A model generated the notes under the pieces. It made no database searches. It was not told the DNA's origin and saw only the letters and a list, made by a program, of their open reading frames with translations. A stretch of DNA of 58,080 nt, the filler included, from Bdellovibrionales bacterium RIFOXYD12_FULL_39_22 (GTDB lineage Bacteria > Bdellovibrionota > Bacteriovoracia > Bacteriovoracales > Bacteriovoracaceae), in NCBI GenBank assembly GCA_001770205.1. It is 2 parts of 2 records of this genome, joined end to end, with 100 filler letters (N's around TTAATTAATTAA, not from the genome) between each part and the next. Parts side by side here need not be neighbours in the genome. Positions count along the whole stretch, not along the records: positions 29,831 to 58,080 come from MEQL01000045.1; 1 more part is not named here. One strand, 5' to 3'. The number at the start of each line of letters is the position of its first letter. The first letter of the stretch is position 1. Of the stretch, positions 43,058 to 50,469 are shown one piece after another. The position numbers and the translations under genes were made by a program.

Positions 43058-43762
43058 CTAATTTTCAGTGTAGCGAAAACCAGTGTTAACTCTTCCGTGA
43101 TTGGGAAGACAGATATAAATCCACTTAGTGGTTAGATTAGACCACGGGCTTGTTGGCCCTGTAATTTCTTCATTTTCATAACACTCCATTTTTTCACCAT
43201 CGCTATTTATACAATCGCAAACAATGGTGGAGGCGGTTATTGCTTGGCATTTTTCAATTAACCCAGATTCATCAGTCCAGACCGCAATCTTAATTTTTTT
43301 AAAAACACGATTTTCAATTTTCTTATCCCCATCTCGCAAGAAGGTTACCAAAAGATCCGTTGATCCCAGTTCGGCATCTACGTTATCGGCAGCATCCGAT
43401 AAACGATAATTTTCAATTCTAATTTTACCATAGCGAGTGCCAACAATATAACGAGGCACTTTGTTAACACTATCTTTTGCCTCAAAGAGCTGTCCAATGG
43501 TTTCAGCTGCTGCGGAGGTGCTATCCTGAGGATTTTTCCCAAAAAAACTTTCTTTGCATGATGCTGGAGTGGCCAAAATTTCTTGCATATTCGTAATCAC
43601 TGAGTTTATATCTCGATCAGCAAGAATTTTAGATCCTTTATTGGTAACATCTTTGATCAAACTCCCGGCGGCCGCCAAAATCAGAGCAAAGATAGCAGTA
43701 CCTGTAAGTAAATCTACTAAAGAGACTCCATGATTATTTTTAATTCTACAGCTACTACTCAT
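43058..43762 (-). CDS. Type IV prepilin-like protein
   Basis: NNHG|VSLVDLL followed by a hydrophobic helix; paralog of the two neighbours. Confidence 0.75.
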   Translation of the reverse strand: MSSSCRIKNNHGVSLVDLLTGTAIFALILAAAGSLIKDVTNKGSKILADRDINSVITNMQEILATPASCKESFFGKNPQDSTSAAAETIGQLFEAKDSVNKVPRYIVGTRYGKIRIENYRLSDAADNVDAELGSTDLLVTFLRDGDKKIENRVFKKIKIAVWTDESGLIEKCQAITASTIVCDCINSDGEKMECYENEEITGPTSPWSNLTTKWIYICLPNHGRVNTGFRYTEN

Positions 43763-44417
43763 TTGCTTCCCCCCAATCAGATCCTCGTAGCCAGCCCACA
43801 GGCATTAGTCCAAAATCTGGTAAGCAAATATATTTCATATCGTGTTCTTCGGCAGAAAAAGTAAAACTATTTTCCTCGAAGCAAGCAGTTGCATTACTGC
43901 CAATACATTCGCAGTCAAATTTATTGTAATAGACGAAGGAGTTGCAGGTAACAATTGCTTTAGAATCAGGATTAATTTCAATCAGTAATTTTATGCTGCG
44001 CGAGTGAGTTTTTTTCTTAAATTCAAACGCCACTAGCAGGTTGGTAGATCCATAATCTATATCAACCTCATCATTTTCCGAATCAAGAAGTTGGTAGTTT
44101 ATAATTTTAACTCCGTTGTAGGCCTGGCCAATTCGAAACTTTCCCCCCAGACTACTTAATGGTTCATCCACAGTATCGTTACGAGAATTGCGTTCTGCAA
44201 AGATGGTAGTACAGTTTTCAGATCTGGATAGATGTCGTTCAATATCTGCCGTCAGGGCCGCGATTTCCATTTGTGATTCACTTTTTTTTATCTGAAAAGA
44301 TAATCGGCCCATTATATCTATTGCAAAATATAATATCAAAGACCCCAATCCCAAGGCCAAGACAAGTTCCAAAATTGAAAAACCATTTTTAAATTTGACC
44401 AAGTTTGTCCACCCCAT
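43755..44417 (-). CDS. Type IV prepilin-like protein
   Basis: KNG|FSILEL class III signal with E5. Confidence 0.85.
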   Translation of the reverse strand: MGWTNLVKFKNGFSILELVLALGLGSLILYFAIDIMGRLSFQIKKSESQMEIAALTADIERHLSRSENCTTIFAERNSRNDTVDEPLSSLGGKFRIGQAYNGVKIINYQLLDSENDEVDIDYGSTNLLVAFEFKKKTHSRSIKLLIEINPDSKAIVTCNSFVYYNKFDCECIGSNATACFEENSFTFSAEEHDMKYICLPDFGLMPVGWLRGSDWGEANE

Positions 44418-44436
44418 TTTTTTATTATAGCGCCAA

Positions 44437-45027
44437 TCACTCAGCGTAAGTTTCCCCAGTATTTACCCAACCCTTCCTCGGAAGACAGGCCCGAATTACG
44501 CGGATATCTTCATCAGAAGGCTCTTCGCTAGTAGGAAGCTGTTCTACTGTAAAGCAGGCCTTCCCATCGCAATCACATATGGCATCTGGGTTTACCACCG
44601 ATCTGCAACTGTTAGTGTCTGTTAACAAATGAAGAGCTATTTTCTTTTTAATGTTTGACTTAGAGCTTTTGGTTTTAAGGGTTAAGACTAATGCGGCTTC
44701 CGCATTTTCTGGGATTACTTCAAAATCCGTAATGGTTACTCCGTCATAGATAGCACCTTTTTTATACAAAGGAGCAGAGCTGCCATCAACTACAGCAAAG
44801 ATTTCGTTTATTTTTCCAGTACCGATATTAGGAAAACCAGAAACACTAGAGAGTGATTTATTACAAGATTCTTCCTTGGCCAGGATGATCCTTATATGAT
44901 TGGCCATGCTTTCAATTTCGTAGTGAGTATCATCGTGAGATGCATCTTTTATCTGAGTATCAATGTAATTGATCATAGGAATTGTTAGTGCCGCCAATAA
45001 TCCAGCAATGAATAAGATTTGAACCAT
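44437..45027 (-). CDS. Pilin-like protein lacking a prepilin leader
   Basis: Hydrophobic N-terminal helix; shares the L...SC and C.C...CF...CLP..G motifs with its neighbours. Confidence 0.7.
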   Translation of the reverse strand: MVQILFIAGLLAALTIPMINYIDTQIKDASHDDTHYEIESMANHIRIILAKEESCNKSLSSVSGFPNIGTGKINEIFAVVDGSSAPLYKKGAIYDGVTITDFEVIPENAEAALVLTLKTKSSKSNIKKKIALHLLTDTNSCRSVVNPDAICDCDGKACFTVEQLPTSEEPSDEDIRVIRACLPRKGWVNTGETYAE

Positions 45028-45201
45028 TTTCTATCTATCCTTTATTTGTGCGTATAAAGGTTAACACGCTAGCACTTTTTTGCAAAGTGAAGAGAAAATG
45101 AAAGACAATTTATGTGTTATAAATGTTGCAACAAATCAGTTTCACATTTAGAATTTATAGTGCATATAAAAAAGAGATAACAATTTCCCAAGGAGGGGAT
45201 T

Positions 45202-46101
45202 GTGAAAATTATCGCAACCATATTTGCCATTTTTCTTATTACCAGTATGATGATGATGATGACGACTACTAGCAAGGTAGATACTTTTGTGGAGGAAAAC
45301 AACCTCTGGTATGGGCCAGAAGACAAAAGCAACCCGCAGATGACCGAAGAGATATTCGATCATGTAATTGGCCGAGTTGAGCAAATATACGCCCCCATCA
45401 TTCGTTATCGTGGGTTTGCCTTTACTTTATATCGCGATTGGAATAGCGGTACGGTTAATGCTTCGGCACGCAGATGGAGTGGGGGGAATGTTTGGGAAAT
45501 TTATATGTATGGAGGCATGGCAAGACATCCTTCAATGACCCCAGATGGTTTGGCGTTGGTTTTGTGTCATGAATTTGGCCATCATTTAGGAGGGGCACCA
45601 CTAATTACCGTATGGCCTCGAAAAGTATTGTGGGCATCAAACGAAGGACAGTCGGACTATTTTTCTGCGCTAAAATGTATGAAGCGAGTATTTGCCTCAG
45701 ACGATAATGTCTCGCTAATGAGCTCGGCGGTAATAGATCCTACTGCTGATCGAAAATGTGATAACTTTCATGCTGATGAACAAGATCGTGCTTTGTGTAA
45801 GCGAATTTCTATGGCAGCTATGGCCGTAGTTGGAGTTTTTAAAGATGTTGCTAATGATCGAAACCGAGTTAGCTTTAGTACACCATCTAAGAAAAAAGTT
45901 CGAAAAACTAATCATAAACACCCAGCACCTCAGTGTAGGCTTGACTCGTATTTTGCGGGGGCCTTGTGTGATAAAGATTATCTCGAGGATGTTAGCGATG
46001 AAGACGTAACTAGGGGAGTATGCGTTGCCGCTGAAGGAGAGGATGGAAATAATAATACTAACGCCGCGGCCAAACCAAGGTGCTGGTATAGGCCAGAATA
46101 G
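45202..46101 (+). CDS. Secreted zinc metalloprotease (HExxH)
   Basis: VNA, CHEFGHHLGG, EGQSDY, HPAPQCR; SD AGGAGG. Confidence 0.85.
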   Translation: MKIIATIFAIFLITSMMMMMTTTSKVDTFVEENNLWYGPEDKSNPQMTEEIFDHVIGRVEQIYAPIIRYRGFAFTLYRDWNSGTVNASARRWSGGNVWEIYMYGGMARHPSMTPDGLALVLCHEFGHHLGGAPLITVWPRKVLWASNEGQSDYFSALKCMKRVFASDDNVSLMSSAVIDPTADRKCDNFHADEQDRALCKRISMAAMAVVGVFKDVANDRNRVSFSTPSKKKVRKTNHKHPAPQCRLDSYFAGALCDKDYLEDVSDEDVTRGVCVAAEGEDGNNNTNAAAKPRCWYRPE

Positions 46102-46212
46102 AGAGGGATCGTGCTGCTTAAATAAAGACTAGATTTATAACTACGTTGATGCTATTTTTTTGATTGAAAATCAACTAAAAAAATTCCTAAAGTTATAGGG
46201 TATTTTTTTATC

Positions 46213-46288
46213 GGTCCCATAGTTAAAACGGATATAACGGGTCTTTCCTAAAGATCTATTAGAGGTTCAATTCCTCTTGGGACCGCCA
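46213..46288 (+). tRNA. tRNA-Arg(CCT)
   Basis: Acceptor GGTCCCA/TGGGACC, anticodon loop TT-CCT-AA, GGTTCAATTCC, CCA. Confidence 0.93.
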
Positions 46289-46289
46289 C
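46271..46289 (+). repeat. att core (tRNA side)
   Basis: TTCCTCTTGGGACCGCCAC. Confidence 0.9.
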
Positions 46290-46341
46290 TTACGCGCTAT
46301 CTATTTTAAATTATTCAACTTCCGCTCTGAAATTTCGAAAA

Positions 46342-46367
46342 TGGTCAGGTTTGGTCAGGTCAGTTTG
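46342..46367 (+). repeat. Tandem TGGTCAGG motifs, putative integrase arm-type sites
   Basis: TGGTCAGGTTTGGTCAGGTCAGTTTG; recurs at 55510-55536. Confidence 0.7.
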
Positions 46368-46399
46368 GGTTTTGATACAAATTTTTTTCTAAAATTTAG

Positions 46400-46432
46400 A
46401 AGTGGTCAGGTCGAAAACCTGACCACTTTTTT
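46400..46432 (+). terminator. Intrinsic terminator-like hairpin built from the TGGTCAGG motif
   Basis: AAGTGGTCAGGT-CGAAA-ACCTGACCAC followed by TTTTTT; between the convergent tRNA and integrase genes. Confidence 0.7.
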
Positions 46433-46436
46433 AAAA

Positions 46437-47688
46437 TCAATCTTTATCAACTAATCTTAACACTCGCTGATCACTATTTGCCTTTGCCTTTTCCACTCCC
46501 CTATCACTTTTTTCTTCTAAATTTCGCATGTACAAATTCACCTCATTGACTGCTTTCTTGTTAGTATCCGTCGGCATCGAAGCGTAGTGCTGGGCCATTT
46601 TAATATCTTTATGGCCTGTCACCGCTTGCGCTGCATCTAGACTACCTGTAACTCTCCTAGTGATCGTTCCCATCGAATGCCGCATAATATGCGTGGAACT
46701 AAATCTAGGATAGAGTCCGGCCTTTTTCAGTGCATGGTTGTATTGATACTGGATCACTCGATAAGTCAGAGGCAATCCATTTTCATGAAAGACATATCCA
46801 GATTTTGCGCTAGCAATTCTGCGACTTAGTATCTCAAACAACTTATCATTCAAAAAAATAAATCGCTCCTCGCCATTTTTAGGAACATCTTTTAGATAAT
46901 CAAACGCCTTTGATGTCCTAGCAAACACGGCCACATGCCTTACAACAATTACCCTCTCAAAAAAATCGACACTCTCAACTTGCAGGCCGGCAACCTCACC
47001 AACTCTGGCGGCCATATAAAATTGAGTCTCCGCAAAATCCCTCCAAAAAGGAGAGAGCTGCTCGAAAAACTTCAAAACCTCATCGGCTGACATCTTTGTT
47101 ATCACGCTTAACTAGCTTACGAATCACGCCGACCGTTTTATGCCGGCGAAGCACTGGATTAACAAACATCGGATCATAATTTTCTCTATACCAGTTAAGC
47201 ATCGACTTAAGACACTTCAAATCATCGTTAAAATTGTATCGCCTGCTTTTTAGTTTGATGGCATCTTTCTTGTGACTTTCAATAAATCTATCAAGCAAAT
47301 CAGCAGTAATCTCCACCATCTTAAATTCAAACAGAGGATATAAAAATCCTTCTTTGGCCAAGCGATGTAGTGCGGTAGATCGCTCAAGAGAAGGAAGGTA
47401 TAATTTTTTATATAACTCCCACACATCTTTTAAGCGATATCCAAAATCCTCTCCATTTTGCCTGACTTTTATGTTCGGTAATAATTGCGACCTGGCCTCA
47501 ACAACTTTTTCTGGTAACGATGGATGAAATACATTCTTCCAATTAATCGCGTCTTTTAACAGCAAAAACTTTTTAGAATACTCTCTACCATTGATGTATT
47601 TGGTTACCAAAAACTGCCCATTGTCCAAATCCTTCCTAATACCTTTGTAATCTGCGACCTTCTCATATCTTCTTTTATTATCACTCAT
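46437..47688 (-). pseudogene. int: Tyrosine integrase split by a frameshift near 47095
   Basis: N-part 47080-47688 and catalytic part 46437-47105 (R in ARVGE, K, HIMRH, GH, HY); removing one A in AACAAAGATG fuses the two frames. Confidence 0.85.
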
Positions 47689-47944
47689 ACTTTTCTCCTT
47701 CTAAAATCCAACTAAGGATTTCATTGGGAATAAAAAATAGAAGTCCACCTTTTTTCTTCTTCGGAATCTTCTCTGATGCTACAAGATTATAAATATGGCC
47801 GACTGAACAGCCCAAATATTTTGCAACATCCCTCACTCGCCATATTCGATTGTAAAAGAACTCACCATCATCTTTCGATTCAGGTACCCCACTATAACGC
47901 TTCGATGACACTTTGTAATCTAAATCTAAAATACCCTCACTCAT
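47681..47944 (-). CDS. xis: Excisionase-like helix-turn-helix protein
   Basis: WRVRDVAKYLGCSVGHIYNLV...IPKKK.GGLLFF; overlaps the integrase start. Confidence 0.85.
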   Translation of the reverse strand: MSEGILDLDYKVSSKRYSGVPESKDDGEFFYNRIWRVRDVAKYLGCSVGHIYNLVASEKIPKKKKGGLLFFIPNEILSWILEGEKYE

Positions 47945-48049
47945 AACCTCTCCTCTCCAAATACCCCTAATTGATTTTACCCCGCACCTTTTTTAATATT
48001 TTTTTTTACAATAATACCTCCTTTGCTCTGTTAATCTTTCTTCCCTTTT

Positions 48050-48180
48050 GCCCCGATTCATCCGACTAATTTTCCACTTTCCAGCACCGTTTTTGACTAT
48101 ATCCTCACAACCTTGGTTGGGGGGATATAGTCAAAAACAAGGTGCGCCGAACATTTGGAAATCAAACGACAAATCGGGGC
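48050..48180. repeat. Nested inverted-repeat structure, candidate origin (oriT/ori)
   Basis: Perfect 16-bp IR GTTTTTGACTATATCC (48089-48104)/GGATATAGTCAAAAAC (48123-48138); inner CAACC/GGTTG; outer GCACC/GGTGC and GCCCCGATT/AATCGGGGC. Confidence 0.8.
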
Positions 48181-48203
48181 ATCAAAAATGACTCCTAAAC
48201 TAA

Positions 48204-48231
48204 TTCAACCCTGCTTCAACCAGGGTTCAAC
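48204..48231 (+). repeat. Three TTCAAC hexamers with an 11-bp period
   Basis: TTCAAC at 48204, 48215 and 48226. Confidence 0.65.
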
Positions 48232-48241
48232 TTTTGAAATT

Positions 48242-48973
48242 CTACTGGTGAAAAATACTTCTCAGTGTGGTAATTCGCCCTTCAAAAAATGCTGGCGAAT
48301 CCATTAGATCAAATTGTCTGTTTTTAATTTCTGGCGCTAGGAGCAAAATAATATTGTCCTGACAGCGCCTGTTTTTCATTGCATCAACATGAAAATCAAC
48401 TCGTTCGATACTCCTTTTGTACGCCTCAAAGACCGGTGTCTTTTGAATGATGTACAACACTTTGCTGTATGGTGAGTCTTTATTCATGTAGTCTCGAAAC
48501 TTATTTTCAACTCTGTCATAGCTTTTTTGCGTAATCTCCACTTCAATGGCCAACTCTTTCCCCTCCCAGAAATTTGGCTGCATGGTGAGTGCGCAATCTG
48601 GCCTGCGATCGGCACCTGCCAGGTCGAGGTAGATGCGGCCTTCTTTCACCTGTGGCAGCTTTAATAGATACTGGAAGACATTTACCGTAATGATGTCATG
48701 GTGAATAATCTCCTTGTTCACACCCCAAGCATTGTTCAGTCCGGCCTCCGCTAATCCTTTCTCAGTGAGAAAAAGATACTTGCGGTAGTTTTGAAAATAG
48801 ACCGACGCAAGATATCCAAAATCCTCCAGCTTCTTTACTCTTTTTGCAAATGCCTGATGTGAATAGTTGTAGTCGACCTTTTTTAAAAGCGTGGTCAGGT
48901 CTAAAATTATCCACGATGCTAACGTTTGAATAATGTCCTCATAGGTGCCAGAATACATCATCATTTTGTCCAA
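48242..48973 (-). CDS. Replication-relaxation (Replic_Relax-like) wHTH plus PD-(D/E)XK protein
   Basis: wHTH ending YLFLTEKG, HHD, RPD...AIEVEITQKS..R; SD AGGAGG before the TTG. Confidence 0.7.
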   Translation of the reverse strand: MDKMMMYSGTYEDIIQTLASWIILDLTTLLKKVDYNYSHQAFAKRVKKLEDFGYLASVYFQNYRKYLFLTEKGLAEAGLNNAWGVNKEIIHHDIITVNVFQYLLKLPQVKEGRIYLDLAGADRRPDCALTMQPNFWEGKELAIEVEITQKSYDRVENKFRDYMNKDSPYSKVLYIIQKTPVFEAYKRSIERVDFHVDAMKNRRCQDNIILLLAPEIKNRQFDLMDSPAFFEGRITTLRSIFHQ

Positions 48974-48994
48974 TAAGTACCTCCTGGTTGTTGG

Positions 48995-49555
48995 TTAATA
49001 TTTTGATGCATCTCTTTTTTTAATAAGCTCCTCGATGGATTTTTCAAAGTACCAGCCGATATAACCTAGTGTAGCAAAGTTATAAATAATATAGAGCAAT
49101 GCCACCCAAATACTAGGTGTCGGCGTTACAAAAATGTATGCCACTGCATAAATGGCAAAGGGTGCATAGAAAAAATAGCGCATCCTCTGCATAAGTTTTA
49201 TCTGTCCGTAGAATAAATTGTAGCGATACTTAAAAAAATCTGTCACAGCAAGCGCACAATCAATAGAGTCTGTCGCGCGATTTGCCCGCAGTTGCATAAC
49301 CGTTAAAGTCAGCACACTCAAAAATGGAAGCGAGTAGAAGACTCCTCCAATCATCGATGAGGCGTAAAAAATACGCACAAAAAAATACAAGGACGCCAGT
49401 GGCAGTACAATATTTTCCATTCTGCTATCACTCTTCCAGCTGCCCTGAAACTTTTTAATACTATCCTCAATGTACTTGCGATCTTCTACGTAGCTTGCCT
49501 TGGACTCTTCATCCATCTGTTTAACTAATTTATCCATATAGTGACTATTTGACAT
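48995..49555 (-). CDS. Multi-TM membrane protein, putative anti-sigma factor
   Basis: About four hydrophobic segments; overlaps the 3' end of the ECF sigma gene. Confidence 0.7.
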   Translation of the reverse strand: MSNSHYMDKLVKQMDEESKASYVEDRKYIEDSIKKFQGSWKSDSRMENIVLPLASLYFFVRIFYASSMIGGVFYSLPFLSVLTLTVMQLRANRATDSIDCALAVTDFFKYRYNLFYGQIKLMQRMRYFFYAPFAIYAVAYIFVTPTPSIWVALLYIIYNFATLGYIGWYFEKSIEELIKKRDASKY

Positions 49556-50057
49556 CCTCTGCCCCCTTGTTCATATACTCATCAATTCTTTTCCATAGTC
49601 TGTTTAGCTTTGTTGAGACGTTGGTCAGCGATAATCCCAAGACATCAGCGATATCCTGCTGACTCTCCCCAATCAAATAGAGATAGATCAACTCGCGATC
49701 AATCGGTTTAAAGGTGGACGCGTAGTTGATCATAAAATTAAAATCTATCTGATCCTCCACCGAAATTTCGGGAGGGATCTCAATCGAATCGACATCTACA
49801 TCCAGATCGCGCAGCTTCTCAAATTCCTCGGCCTCCACATGTTTCAAACAAGTATTGAGCGTAACCCGATACGCCCAAGTTGAAATTTGGCAATCTCCAC
49901 GGAATGAGTCCATGGACCGATATAACTCACAGAGTATCGTTTGATGAAGTTCTTCTCGCTTGCTTGGATTTTTCTCATGGAGGTGGCAAAGTCGCTTAAT
50001 CTGCCTATCACTGCCTCTTATCATCTCAAAAAAACGCTCTTGCTTACTTCCGCTAAT
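49545..50057 (-). CDS. ECF RNA polymerase sigma factor (start ATT 50057 or ATG 50024)
   Basis: Region 2 (ELHQ...SFRGDCQISTWAYRVTLNT); region 4 (DRELIYLYL.GESQQDIADVLGLSLTNVSTKLNR). Confidence 0.88.
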   Translation of the reverse strand: MSGSKQERFFEMIRGSDRQIKRLCHLHEKNPSKREELHQTILCELYRSMDSFRGDCQISTWAYRVTLNTCLKHVEAEEFEKLRDLDVDVDSIEIPPEISVEDQIDFNFMINYASTFKPIDRELIYLYLIGESQQDIADVLGLSLTNVSTKLNRLWKRIDEYMNKGAEDVK

Positions 50058-50469
50058 GAAATCCTCCTTGTTCGTGTTTTTGTTGTTCCTATTAGTATTA
50101 GTACCTATTTTTCAGGAAATCTCACGGCCGTTTTTAAAAAAAATGCAAATATTCAATAATTACAAGGAAATATGATAGAAAAAAGTTCTATGAATTTGGT
50201 CGCCGCGGGCCAATTATGAGGCCCAAAGCGGCGAGGGCCTGCTTGATACAAATATTTAAGGACAATATAAACGTATGGGATTTGTAGGCATTGGGCGAGC
50301 GAAAACCATTTCGTTTTTACTCACGCTTCAAATTAAATTGCATAAACTTCAATTCCTGATATATTGCGCGACAAATATTCCTGCACAATTTAACTCTGCC
50401 AAAGCTTATTGTTAAGTTGCCAGGAAATGAAGTTATTGTGATGATCCTGTCTTGGTTTAGGAGAAAAAT

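Noticed and set aside
45247..45261. (ATG)5 microsatellite as a phase-variation site
   Set aside because: An in-frame triplet in a signal peptide; slippage would not shift the frame
48891..48900. Extra GTGGTCAGGT inside the Replic_Relax-like gene
   Set aside because: A single copy within coding sequence, far from the att sites; may be chance
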